This document shows, piece after piece, positions 1 to 13,700 of a stretch of DNA of 64,000 nucleotides. The translations under genes and the position numbers were made by a program. The notes under the pieces are model-generated. The model was not told where the DNA came from and ran no database searches. It saw nothing but the letters and a program-made list of their open reading frames with translations. The stretch spans positions 22,878,001-22,942,000 of the forward strand of contig OZ059895.1 of NCBI GenBank assembly GCA_964057225.1, read 5' to 3'. Source of the stretch: Auanema rhodensis (Eukaryota; Animalia; Nematoda). Positions within the stretch are counted from its first letter, which is position 1, and each line of letters begins with the position of its first letter.

Positions 1-10
1 TTTGGAAGCA

Positions 11-38
11 ATGTTGAGTGTACATGGAAACTCAACAT
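11..38. repeat. Intra-monomer inverted repeat 1: ATGTTGAGT-10 nt-ACTCAACAT
   Basis: Positions 11-19 are the exact reverse complement of 30-38. Present in essentially every monomer, with one end mismatch in the distal subfamily. Confidence 0.9.
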
Positions 39-121
39 ACACTAATGCATCATTTTTCAAACGATCATAACTAATTTTTGTATTAAGCGTTTCTCAATGT
101 AGTATAGTGCATTCGATGCGG

Positions 122-172
122 ATTTTTAAGCTGCGTCGATCTGTGTTATCAGATTTGCGCTAGCTTAAAAAT
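122..172. repeat. Intra-monomer inverted repeat 2: ATTTTTAAGCT...AGCTTAAAAAT with inner GCG/CGC and ATCTG/CAGAT pairing
   Basis: 122-132 is the exact reverse complement of 162-172. 133-135 pairs with 158-160, and 139-143 pairs with 150-154. Confidence 0.9.
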
Positions 173-540
173 GCACCGAGATATCAACTGATATATGTTC
201 ACACTTATATCCTCGATTTTCACCCTGAAGAATTAATTTTTTCGTTGAATAACAATGTCCATCGTCTTTGCCTTGAAAAAAGGAATCTAAAAACATCTAC
301 TTTTTGCTAAATTATTTCGAAATTTTTCGAAAAAATTTTTGTCAAAATGTTTTTGGAAGCAATGTTGAGTGTACATGGAAACTCAACATACACTAATGCA
401 TCATTTTTCAAACGATCATAACTAATTTTTGTATTAAGCGTTTCTCCATGTAGTATAGTGCATTCGATGCGGATTTTTAAGCTGCGTCGATCTGTGTTAT
501 CAGATTTGCGCTAGCTTAAAAATGCACCGAGATATCAACT

Positions 541-562
541 GATATAAGTTCACACTTATATC
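541..562. repeat. Intra-monomer inverted repeat 3: GATATAAGT-TCAC-ACTTATATC (monomer positions 190-211, shown in monomer 2)
   Basis: Perfect 9-bp stem with a 4-nt loop in monomers carrying A196; one mismatch in T196 monomers. Confidence 0.9.
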
Positions 563-664
563 CTCGATTTTCACCCTGAAGAATTAATTTTTTCGTTGAA
601 TAACATTGTCCATCGTCTTTGCCTTGAAAAAAGGAATCTAAAAACATCTACTTTTTGCTAAATT

Positions 665-699
665 ATTTTGAAATTTTTCGAAAAAATTTTTGTCAAAAT
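665..699. repeat. Intra-monomer AT-rich dyad: ATTTTGA-AATTTTTCGAAAAAATTTTTG-TCAAAAT (monomer positions 314-348, shown in monomer 2)
   Basis: Contains the perfect palindromes TTTTTCGAAAAA and AAAAATTTTT, flanked by ATTTTGA/TCAAAAT. Confidence 0.8.
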
Positions 700-1755
700 G
701 TTTTTGGAAGCAATGTTGAGTGTACATGGAAACTCAACATACACTAATGCATCATTTTTCAAACAATCATAACTAATTTTTGTATTAAGCGTTTCTCAAT
801 GTAGTATAGTGCATTCGATGCAGATTTTTAAGCTGCGTCGATCTGTGTTATCAGATTTGCGCTAGCTTAAAAATGCACCGAGATATCAACTGATATAAGT
901 TCACACTTATATCCTCGATTTTCACCCTGAAGAATTAATTTTTTCGTTGAATAACATTGTCCATCGTCTTTGCCTTGAAAAAAGGAATCTAAAAACATCT
1001 ACTTTTTGCTAAATTATTTTGAAATTTTTCGAAAAAATTTTTGTCAAAATGTTTTTGGAAGCAATGTTGAGTGTACATGGAAACTCAACATACACTAAGG
1101 CATCATTTTTCAAACGATCATAACTAATTTTTGTATTAAGCGTTTCTCAATGTAGTATAGTGCATTCGATGCAGATTTTTAAGCTGCGTCGATCTGTGTT
1201 ATCAGATTTGCGCTAGCTTAAAAATGCACCGAGATATCAACTGATATAAGTTCACACTTATATCCTCGATTTTCACCCTGAAGAATCAATTTTTTCGTTG
1301 AATAACATTGTCCATCGTCTTTGCCTTGAAAAAAGGAATCTAAAAACATCTACTTTTTGCTAAATTATTTTGAAATTTTTCGAAAAAATTTTTGTCAAAA
1401 TGTTTTTGGAAGCAATGTTGAGTGTACATGGAAACTCAACATACACTAATGCATCATTTTTCAAACGATCATAACTAATTTTTGTATTAAGCGTTTCTCC
1501 ATGTAGTATAGTGCATTCGATGCGGATTTTTAAGCTGCGTCGATCTGTGTTATCAGATTTGCGCTAGCTTAAAAATGCACCGAGATATCAACTGATATAA
1601 GTTCACACTTATATCCTCGATTTTCACCCTGAAGAATTAATTTTTTCGTTGAATAACATTGTCCATCGTCTTTGCCTTGAAAAAAGGAATCTAAAAACAT
1701 CTACTTTTTGCTAAATTATTTTGAAATTTTTCGAAAAAATTTTTGTCAAAATGTT

Positions 1756-4700
1756 TTTGGAAGCAATGTTGAGTGTACATGGAAACTCAACATACACTAA
1801 TGCATCATTTTTCAAACGATCATAACTAATTTTTGTATTAAGCGTTTCTCAATGTAGTATAGTGCATTCGATGCGGATTTTTAAGCTGCGTCGATCTGTG
1901 TTATCAGATTTGCGCTAGCTTAAAAATGCACCGAGATATCAACTGATATATGTTCACACTTATATCCTCGATTTTCACCCTGAAGAATTAATTTTTTCGT
2001 TGAATAACAATGTCCATCGTCTTTGCCTTGAAAAAAGGAATCTAAAAACATCTACTTTTTGCTAAATTATTTCGAAATTTTTCGAAAAAATTTTTGTCAA
2101 AATGTTTTTGGAAGCAATGTTGAGTGTACATGGAAACTCAACATACACTAATGCATCATTTTTCAAACGATCATAACTAATTTTTGTATTAAGCGTTTCT
2201 TCATGTAGTATAGTGCATTCGATGCGGATTTTTAAGCTGCGTCGATCTGTGTTATCAGATTTGCGCTAGCTTAAAAATGCACCGAGATATCAACTGATAT
2301 AAGTTCACACTTATATCCTCGATTTTCACCCTGAAGAATTAATTTTTTCGTTGAATAACATTGTCCATCGTCTTTGCCTTGAAAAAAGGAATCTAAAAAC
2401 ATCTACTTTTTGCTAAATTATTTTGAAATTTTTCGAAAAAATTTTTGTCAAAATGTTTTTGGAAGCAATGTTGAGTGTACATGGAAACTCAACATACACT
2501 AATGCATCATTTTTCAAACAATCATAACTAATTTTTGTATTAAGCGTTTCTCAATGTAGTATAGTGCATTCGATGCAGATTTTTAAGCTGCGTCGATCTG
2601 TGTTATCAGATTTGCGCTAGCTTAAAAATGCACCGAGATATCAACTGATATAAGTTCACACTTATATCCTCGATTTTCACCCTGAAGAATTAATTTTTTC
2701 GTTGAATAACATTGTCCATCGTCTTTGCCTTGAAAAAAGGAATCTAAAAACATCTACTTTTTGCTAAATTATTTTGAAATTTTTCGAAAAAATTTTTGTC
2801 AAAATGTTTTTGGAAGCAATGTTGAGTGTACATGGAAACTCAACATACACTAATGCATCATTTTTCAAACGATCATAACTAATTTTTGTATTAAGCGTTT
2901 CTCCATGTAGTATAGTGCATTCGATGCGGATTTTTAAGCTGCGTCGATCTGTGTTATCAGATTTGCGCTAGCTTAAAAATGCACCGAGATATCAACTGAT
3001 ATAAGTTCACACTTATATCCTCGATTTTCACCCTGAAGAATTAATTTTTTCGTTGAATAACATTGTCCATCGTCTTTGCCTTGAAAAAAGGAATCTAAAA
3101 ACATCTACTTTTTGCTAAATTATTTTGAAATTTTTCGAAAAAATTTTTGTCAAAATGTTTTTGGAAGCAATGTTGAGTGTACATGGAAACTCAACATACA
3201 CTAATGCATCATTTTTCAAACGATCATAACTAATTTTTGTATTAAGCGTTTCTCCATGTAGTATAGTGCATTCGATGCGGATTTTTAAGCTGCGTCGATC
3301 TGTGTTATCAGATTTGCGCTAGCTTAAAAATGCACCGAGATATCAACTGATATAAGTTCACACTTATATCCTCGATTTTCACCCTGAAGAATTAATTTTT
3401 TCGTTGAATAACATTGTCCATCGTCTTTGCCTTGAAAAAAGGAATCTAAAAACATCTACTTTTTGCTAAATTATTTTGAAATTTTTCGAAAAAATTTTTG
3501 TCAAAATGTTTTTGGAAGCAATGTTGAGTGTACATGGAAACTCAACATACACTAATGCATCATTTTTCAAACGATCATAACTAATTTTTGTATTAAGCGT
3601 TTCTCAATGTAGTATAGTGCATTCGATGCGGATTTTTAAGCTGCGTCGATCTGTGTTATCAGATTTGCGCTAGCTTAAAAATGCACCGAGATATCAACTG
3701 ATATAAGTTCACACTTATATCCTCGATTTTCACCCTGAAGAATTAATTTTTTCGTTGAATAACATTGTCCATCGTCTTTGCCTTGAAAAAAGAAATCTAA
3801 AAACATCTACTTTTTGCTAAATTATTTTGAAATTTTTCGAAAAAATTTTTGTCAAAATGTTTTTGGAAGCAATGTTGAGTGTACATGGAAACTCAACATA
3901 CACTAATGCATCATTTTTCAAACGATCATAACTAATTTTTGTATTAAGCGTTTCTCCATGTAGTATAGTGCATTCGATGCGGATTTTTAAGCTGCGTCGA
4001 TCTGTGTTATCAGATTTGCGCTAGCTTAAAAATGCACCGAGATATCAACTGATATAAGTTCACACTTATATCCTCGATTTTCACCCTGAAGAATTAATTT
4101 TTTCGTTGAATAACATTGTCCATCGTCTTTGCCTTGAAAAAAGGAATCTAAAAACATCTACTTTTTGCTAAATTATTTTGAAATTTTTCGAAAAAATTTT
4201 TGTCAAAATGTTTTTGGAAGCAATGTTGAGTGTACATGGAAACTCAACATACACTAAGGCATCATTTTTCAAACGATCATAACTAATTTTTGTATTAAGC
4301 GTTTCTCAATGTAGTATAGTGCATTCGATGCAGATTTTTAAGCTGCGTCGATCTGTGTTATCAGATTTGCGCTAGCTTAAAAATGCACCGAGATATCAAC
4401 TGATATAAGTTCACACTTATATCCTCGATTTTCACCCTGAAGAATCAATTTTTTCGTTGAATAACATTGTCCATCGTCTTTGCCTTGAAAAAAGGAATCT
4501 AAAAACATCTACTTTTTGCTAAATTATTTTGAAATTTTTCGAAAAAATTTTTGTCAAAATGTTTTTGGAAGCAATGTTGAGTGTACATGGAAACTCAACA
4601 TACACTAATGCATCATTTTTCAAACGATCATAACTAATTTTTGTATTAAGCGTTTCTCCATGTAGTATAGTGCATTCGATGCGGATTTTTAAGCTGCGTC

Positions 4701-7700
4701 GATCTGTGTTATCAGATTTGCGCTAGCTTAAAAATGCACCGAGATATCAACTGATATAAGTTCACACTTATATCCTCGATTTTCACCCTGAAGAATTAAT
4801 TTTTTCGTTGAATAACATTGTCCATCGTCTTTGCCTTGAAAAAAGGAATCTAAAAACATCTACTTTTTGCTAAATTATTTTGAAATTTTTCGAAAAAATT
4901 TTTGTCAAAATGTTTTTGGAAGCAATGTTGAGTGTACATGGAAACTCAACATACACTAAGGCATCATTTTTCAAACGATCATAACTAATTTTTGTATTAA
5001 GCGTTTCTCAATGTAGTATAGTGCATTCGATGCAGATTGTTAAGCTGCGTCGATCTGTGTTATCAGATTTGCGCTAGCTTAAAAATGCACCGAGATATCA
5101 ACTGATATAAGTTCACACTTATATCCTCGATTTTCACCCTGAAGAATCAATTTTTTCGTTGAATAACATTGTCCATCGTCTTTGCCTTGAAAAAAGGAAT
5201 CTAAAAACATCTACTTTTTGCTAAATTATTTTGAAATTTTTCGAAAAAATTTTTGTCAAAATGTTTTTGGAAGCAATGTTGAGTGTACATGGAAACTCAA
5301 CATACACTAATGCATCATTTTTCAAACGATCATAACTAATTTTTGTATTAAGCGTTTCTCCATGTAGTATAGTGCATTCGATGCGGATTTTTAAGCTGCG
5401 TCGATCTGTGTTATCAGATTTGCGCTAGCTTAAAAATGCACCGAGATATCAACTGATATAAGTTCACACTTATATCCTCGATTTTCACCCTGAAGAATTA
5501 ATTTTTTCGTTGAATAACATTGTCCATCGTCTTTGCCTTGAAAAAAGGAATCTAAAAACATCTACTTTTTGCTAAATTATTTTGAAATTTTTCGAAAAAA
5601 TTTTTGTCAAAATGTTTTTGGAAGCAATGTTGAGTGTACATGGAAACTCAACATACACTAATGCATCATTTTTCAAACGATCATAACTAATTTTTGTATT
5701 AAGCGTTTCTCAATGTAGTATAGTGCATTCGATGCGGATTTTTAAGCTGCGTCGATCTGTGTTATCAGATTTGCGCTAGCTTAAAAATGCACCGAGATAT
5801 CAACTGATATATGTTCACACTTATATCCTCGATTTTCACCCTGAAGAATTAATTTTTTCGTTGAATAACAATGTCCATCGTCTTTGCCTTGAAAAAAGGA
5901 ATCTAAAAACATCTACTTTTTGCTAAATTATTTCGAAATTTTTCGAAAAAATTTTTGTCAAAATGTTTTTGGAAGCAATGTTGAGTGTACATGGAAACTC
6001 AACATACACTAATGCATCATTTTTCAAACGATCATAACTAATTTTTGTATTAAGCGTTTCTCCATGTAGTATAGTGCATTCGATGCGGATTTTTAAGCTG
6101 CGTCGATCTGTGTTATCAGATTTGCGCTAGCTTAAAAATGCACCGAGATATCAACTGATATAAGTTCACACTTATATCCTCGATTTTCACCCTGAAGAAT
6201 TAATTTTTTCGTTGAATAACATTGTCCATCGTCTTTGCCTTGAAAAAAGGAATCTAAAAACATCTACTTTTTGCTAAATTATTTTGAAATTTTTCGAAAA
6301 AATTTTTGTCAAAATGTTTTTGGAAGCAATGTTGAGTGTACATGGAAACTCAACATACACTAATGCATCATTTTTCAAACAATCATAACTAATTTTTGTA
6401 TTAAGCGTTTCTCAATGTAGTATAGTGCATTCGATGCAGATTTTTAAGCTGCGTCGATCTCTGTTATCAGATTTGCGCTAGCTTAAAAATGCACCGAGAT
6501 ATCAACTGATATAAGTTCACACTTATATCCTCGATTTTCACCCTGAAGAATTAATTTTTTCGTTGAATAACAATGTCCATCGTCTTTGCCTTGAAAAAAG
6601 AAATCTAAAAACATCTACTTTTTGCTAAATTATTTTGAAATTTTTCGAAAAAATTTTTGTCAAAATGTTTTTGGAAGCAATGTTGAGTGTACATGGAAAC
6701 TCAACATACACTAATGCATCATTTTTCAAACGATCATAACTAATTTTTGTATTAAGCGTTTCTCAATGTAGTATAGTGCATTCGATGCAGATTTTTAAGC
6801 TGCGTCGATCTGTGTTATCAGATTTGCGCTAGCTTAAAAATGCACCGAGATATCAACTGATATAAGTTCACACTTATATCCTCGATTTTCACCCTGAAGA
6901 ATTAATTTTTTCGTTGAATAACATTGTCCATCGTCTTTGCCTTGAAAAAAGGAATCTAAAAACATCTACTTTTTGCTAAATTATTTTGAAATTTTTCGAA
7001 AAAATTTTTGTCAAAATGTTTTTGGAAGCAATGTTGAGTGTACATGGAAACTCAACATACACTAATGCATCATTTTTCAAACGATCATAACTAATTTTTG
7101 TATTAAGCGTTTCTCCATGTAGTATAGTGCATTCGATGCGGATTTTTAAGCTGCGTCGATCTGTGTTATCAGATTTGCGCTAGCTTAAAAATGCACCGAG
7201 ATATCAACTGATATAAGTTCACACTTATATCCTCGATTTTCACCCTGAAGAATTAATTTTTTCGTTGAATAACATTGTCCATCGTCTTTGCCTTGAAAAA
7301 AGGAATCTAAAAACATCTACTTTTTGCTAAATTATTTTGAAATTTTTCGAAAAAATTTTTGTCAAAATGTTTTTGGAAGCAATGTTGAGTGTACATGGAA
7401 ACTCAACATACACTAATGCATCATTTTTCAAACGATCATAACTAATTTTTGTATTAAGCGTTTCTCCATGTAGTATAGTGCATTCGATGCGGATTTTTAA
7501 GCTGCGTCGATCTGTGTTATCAGATTTGCGCTAGCTTAAAAATGCACCGAGATATCAACTGATATAAGTTCACACTTATATCCTCGATTTTCACCCTGAA
7601 GAATTAATTTTTTCGTTGAATAACAATGTCCATCGTCTTTGCCTTGAAAAAAGAAATCTAAAAACATCTACTTCTTGCTAAATTATTTTGAAATTTTTCG

Positions 7701-10700
7701 AAAAAATTTTTGTCAAAATGTTTTTGGAAGCAATGTTGAGTGTACATGGAAACTCAACATACACTAATGCATCATTTTTCAAACGATCATAACTAATTTT
7801 TGTATTAAGCGTTTCTCCATGTAGTATAGTGCATTCGATGCGGATTTTTAAGCTGCGTCGATCTGTGTTATCAGATTTGCGCTAGCTTAAAAATGCACCG
7901 AGATATCAACTGATATAAGTTCACACTTATATCCTCGATTTTCACCCTGAAGAATTAATTTTTTCGTTGAATAACAATGTCCATCGTCTTTGCCTTGAAA
8001 AAAGAAATCTAAAAACATCTACTTTTTGCTAAATTATTTTGAAATTTTTCGAAAAAATTTTTGTCAAAATGTTTTTGGAAGCAATGTTGAGTGTACATGG
8101 AAACTCAACATACACTAATGCATCATTTTTCAAACGATCATAACTAATTTTTGTATTAAGCGTTTCTCAATGTAGTATAGTGCATTCGATGCAGATTTTT
8201 AAGCTGCGTCGATCTGTGTTATCAGATTTGCGCTAGCTTAAAAATGCACCGAGATATCAACTGATATAAGTTCACACTTATATCCTCGATTTTCACCCTG
8301 AAGAATTAATTTTTTCGTTGAATAACATTGTCCATCGTCTTTGCCTTGAAAAAAGGAATCTAAAAACATCTACTTTTTGCTAAATTATTTTGAAATTTTT
8401 CGAAAAAATTTTTGTCAAAATGTTTTTGGAAGCAATGTTGAGTGTACATGGAAACTCAACATACACTAATGCATCATTTTTCAAACGATCATAACTAATT
8501 TTTGTATTAAGCGTTTCTCCATGTAGTATAGTGCATTCGATGCGGATTTTTAAGCTGCGTCGATCTGTGTTATCAGATTTGCGCTAGCTTAAAAATGCAC
8601 CGAGATATCAACTGATATAAGTTCACACTTATATCCTCGATTTTCACCCTGAAGAATTAATTTTTTCGTTGAATAACATTGTCCATCGTCTTTGCCTTGA
8701 AAAAAGGAATCTAAAAACATCTACTTTTTGCTAAATTATTTTGAAATTTTTCGAAAAAATTTTTGTCAAAATGTTTTTGGAAGCAATGTTGAGTGTACAT
8801 GGAAACTCAACATACACTAATGCATCATTTTTCAAACGATCATAACTAATTTTTGTATTAAGCGTTTCTCAATGTAGTATAGTGCATTCGATGCGGATTT
8901 TTAAGCTGCGTCGATCTGTGTTATCAGATTTGCGCTAGCTTAAAAATGCACCGAGATATCAACTGATATATGTTCACACTTATATCCTCGATTTTCACCC
9001 TGAAGAATTAATTTTTTCGTTGAATAACAATGTCCATCGTCTTTGCCTTGAAAAAAGGAATCTAAAAACATCTACTTTTTGCTAAATTATTTCGAAATTT
9101 TTCGAAAAAATTTTTGTCAAAATGTTTTTGGAAGCAATGTTGAGTGTACATGGAAACTCAACATACACTAATGCATCATTTTTCAAACGATCATAACTAA
9201 TTTTTGTATTAAGCGTTTCTCCATGTAGTATAGTGCATTCGATGCGGATTTTTAAGCTGCGTCGATCTGTGTTATCAGATTTGCGCTAGCTTAAAAATGC
9301 ACCGAGATATCAACTGATATAAGTTCACACTTATATCCTCGATTTTCACCCTGAAGAATTAATTTTTTCGTTGAATAACATTGTCCATCGTCTTTGCCTT
9401 GAAAAAAGGAATCTAAAAACATCTACTTTTTGCTAAATTATTTTGAAATTTTTCGAAAAAATTTTTGTCAAAATGTTTTTGGAAGCAATGTTGAGTGTAC
9501 ATGGAAACTCAACATACACTAATGCATCATTTTTCAAACAATCATAACTAATTTTTGTATTGAGCGTTTCTCAATGTAGTATAGTGCATTCGATGCAGAT
9601 TTTTAAGCTGCGTCGATCTGTGTTATCAGATTTGCGCTAGCTTAAAAATGCACCGAGATATCAACTGATATAAGTTCACACTTATATCCTCGATTTTCAC
9701 CCTGAAGAATTAATTTTTTCGTTGAATAACATTGTCCATCGTCTTTGCCTTGAAAAAAGGAATCTAAAAACATCTACTTTTTGCTAAATTATTTTGAAAT
9801 TTTTCGAAAAAATTTTTGTCAAAATGTTTTTGGAAGCAATGTTGAGTGTACATGGAAACTCAACATACACTAATGCATCATTTTTCAAACGATCATAACT
9901 AATTTTTGTATTAAGCGTTTCTCCATGTAGTATAGTGCATTCGATGCGGATTTTTAAGCTGCGTCGATCTGTGTTATCAGATTTGCGCTAGCTTAAAAAT
10001 GCACCGAGATATCAACTGATATAAGTTCACACTTATATCCTCGATTTTCACCCTGAAGAATTAATTTTTTCGTTGAATAACATTGTCCATCGTCTTTGCC
10101 TTGAAAAAAGGAATCTAAAAACATCTACTTTTTGCTAAATTATTTTGAAATTTTTCGAAAAAATTTTTGTCAAAATGTTTTTGGAAGCAATGTTGAGTGT
10201 ACATGGAAACTCAACATACACTAATGCATCATTTTTCAAACGATCATAACTAATTTTTGTATTAAGCGTTTCTCCATGTAGTATAGTGCATTCGATGCGG
10301 ATTTTTAAGCTGCGTCGATCTGTGTTATCAGATTTGCGCTAGCTTAAAAATGCACCGAGATATCAACTGATATAAGTTCACACTTATATCCTCGATTTTC
10401 ACCCTGAAGAATTAATTTTTTCGTTGAATAACATTGTCCATCGTCTTTGCCTTGAAAAAAGGAATCTAAAAACATCTACTTTTTGCTAAATTATTTTGAA
10501 ATTTTTCGAAAAAATTTTTGTCAAAATGTTTTTGGAAGCAATGTTGAGTGTACATGGAAACTCAACATACACTAATGCATCATTTTTCAAACGATCATAA
10601 CTAATTTTTGTATTAAGCGTTTCTCAATGTAGTATAGTGCATTCGATGCGGATTTTTAAGCTGCGTCGATCTGTGTTATCAGATTTGCGCTAGCTTAAAA

Positions 10701-13700
10701 ATGCACCGAGATATCAACTGATATAAGTTCACACTTATATCCTCGATTTTCACCCTGAAGAATTAATTTTTTCGTTGAATAACATTGTCCATCGTCTTTG
10801 CCTTGAAAAAAGAAATCTAAAAACATCTACTTTTTGCTAAATTATTTTGAAATTTTTCGAAAAAATTTTTGTCAAAATGTTTTTGGAAGCAATGTTGAGT
10901 GTACATGGAAACTCAACATACACTAATGCATCATTTTTCAAACGATCATAACTAATTTTTGTATTAAGCGTTTCTCCATGTAGTATAGTGCATTCGATGC
11001 GGATTTTTAAGCTGCGTCGATCTGTGTTATCAGATTTGCGCTAGCTTAAAAATGCACCGAGATATCAACTGATATAAGTTCACACTTATATCCTCGATTT
11101 TCACCCTGAAGAATTAATTTTTTCGTTGAATAACATTGTCCATCGTCTTTGCCTTGAAAAAAGGAATCTAAAAACATCTACTTTTTGCTAAATTATTTTG
11201 AAATTTTTCGAAAAAATTTTTGTCAAAATGTTTTTGGAAGCAATGTTGAGTGTACATGGAAACTCAACATACACTAAGGCATCATTTTTCAAACGATCAT
11301 AACTAATTTTTGTATTAAGCGTTTCTCAATGTAGTATAGTGCATTCGATGCAGATTTTTAAGCTGCGTCGATCTGTGTTATCAGATTTGCGCTAGCTTAA
11401 AAATGCACCGAGATATCAACTGATATAAGTTCACACTTATATCCTCGATTTTCACCCTGAAGAATCAATTTTTTCGTTGAATAACATTGTCCATCGTCTT
11501 TGCCTTGAAAAAAGGAATCTAAAAACATCTACTTTTTGCTAAATTATTTTGAAATTTTTCGAAAAAATTTTTGTCAAAATGTTTTTGGAAGCAATGTTGA
11601 GTGTACATGGAAACTCAACATACACTAATGCATCATTTTTCAAACGATCATAACTAATTTTTGTATTAAGCGTTTCTCCATGTAGTATAGTGCATTCGAT
11701 GCGGATTTTTAAGCTGCGTCGATCTGTGTTATCAGATTTGCGCTAGCTTAAAAATGCACCGAGATATCAACTGATATAAGTTCACACTTATATCCTCGAT
11801 TTTCACCCTGAAGAATTAATTTTTTCGTTGAATAACATTGTCCATCGTCTTTGCCTTGAAAAAAGGAATCTAAAAACATCTACTTTTTGCTAAATTATTT
11901 TGAAATTTTTCGAAAAAATTTTTGTCAAAATGTTTTTGGAAGCAATGTTGAGTGTACATGGAAACTCAACATACACTAATGCATCATTTTTCAAACGATC
12001 ATAACTAATTTTTGTATTAAGCGTTTCTCAATGTAGTATAGTGCATTCGATGCGGATTTTTAAGCTGCGTCGATCTGTGTTATCAGATTTGCGCTAGCTT
12101 AAAAATGCACCGAGATATCAACTGATATATGTTCACACTTATATCCTCGATTTTCACCCTGAAGAATTAATTTTTTCGTTGAATAACAATGTCCATCGTC
12201 TTTGCCTTGAAAAAAGGAATCTAAAAACATCTACTTTTTGCTAAATTATTTCGAAATTTTTCGAAAAAATTTTTGTCAAAATGTTTTTGGAAGCAATGTT
12301 GAGTGTACATGGAAACTCAACATACACTAATGCATCATTTTTCAAACGATCATAACTAATTTTTGTATTAAGCGTTTCTCCATGTAGTATAGTGCATTCG
12401 ATGCGGATTTTTAAGCTGCGTCGATCTGTGTTATCAGATTTGCGCTAGCTTAAAAATGCACCGAGATATCAACTGATATAAGTTCACACTTATATCCTCG
12501 ATTTTCACCCTGAAGAATTAATTTTTTCGTTGAATAACATTGTCCATCGTCTTTGCCTTGAAAAAAGGAATCTAAAAACATCTACTTTTTGCTAAATTAT
12601 TTTGAAATTTTTCGAAAAAATTTTTGTCAAAATGTTTTTGGAAGCAATGTTGAGTGTACATGGAAACTCAACATACACTAATGCATCATTTTTCAAACAA
12701 TCATAACTAATTTTTGTATTAAGCGTTTCTCAATGTAGTATAGTGCATTCGATGCAGATTTTTAAGCTGCGTCGATCTGTGTTATCAGATTTGCGCTAGC
12801 TTAAAAATGCACCGAGATATCAACTGATATAAGTTCACACTTATATCCTCGATTTTCACCCTGAAGAATTAATTTTTTCGTTGAATAACATTGTCCATCG
12901 TCTTTGCCTTGAAAAAAGGAATCTAAAAACATCTACTTTTTGCTAAATTATTTTGAAATTTTTCGAAAAAATTTTTGTCAAAATGTTTTTGGAAGCAATG
13001 TTGAGTGTACATGGAAACTCAACATACACTAATGCATCATTTTTCAAACAATCATAACTAATTTTTGTATTAAGCGTTTCTCAATGTAGTATAGTGCATT
13101 CGATGCAGATTTTTAAGCTGCGTCGATCTGTGTTATCAGATTTGCGCTAGCTTAAAAATGCACCGAGATATCAACTGATATAAGTTCACACTTATATCCT
13201 CGATTTTCACCCTGAAGAATTAATTTTTTCGTTGAATAACAATGTCCATCGTCTTTGCCTTGAAAAAAGAAATCTAAAAACATCTACTTTTTGCTAAATT
13301 ATTTTGAAATTTTTCGAAAAAATTTTTGTCAAAATGTTTTTGGAAGCAATGTTGAGTGTACATGGAAACTCAACATACACTAATGCATCATTTTTCAAAC
13401 GATCATAACTAATTTTTGTATTAAGCGTTTCTCAATGTAGTATAGTGCATTCGATGCAGATTTTTAAGCTGCGTCGATCTGTGTTATCAGATTTGCGCTA
13501 GCTTAAAAATGCACCGAGATATCAACTGATATAAGTTCACACTTATATCCTCGATTTTCACCCTGAAGAATTAATTTTTTCGTTGAATAACATTGTCCAT
13601 CGTCTTTGCCTTGAAAAAAGGAATCTAAAAACATCTACTTTTTGCTAAATTATTTTGAAATTTTTCGAAAAAATTTTTGTCAAAATGTTTTTGGAAGCAA

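Larger units (their letters stand above)
1..351 (+). repeat. Representative monomer (351 bp, 111 G+C by hand count, many A/T tracts; NsiI 45-50, NheI 159-164, EcoRV 180-185 and BsrGI 19-24 sites)
   Basis: Read directly from the sequence. The start phase is arbitrary (window start). Confidence 0.95.

Noticed and set aside
240-256. CENP-B box-like TTTCGTTGAATAACAAT
   Set aside because: It matches the TTCG....A half but lacks the essential CGGG of the NTTCGNNNNANNCGGGN motif.
1-351. Tandem 5S rRNA, tRNA, snRNA or spliced-leader gene unit
   Set aside because: I see no recognisable 5S or tRNA sequence, Pol III A/B/C boxes or known leader. An Infernal/Rfam scan would be the decisive test.
1-351. 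Monomer as a diverged dimer of ~175-bp subunits, or identity with known ~360-bp insect satellites (Drosophila 1.688, Tribolium TCAST)
   Set aside because: No convincing similarity between the halves by eye, and only length and AT-richness resemble those families; cannot be assigned without alignment.
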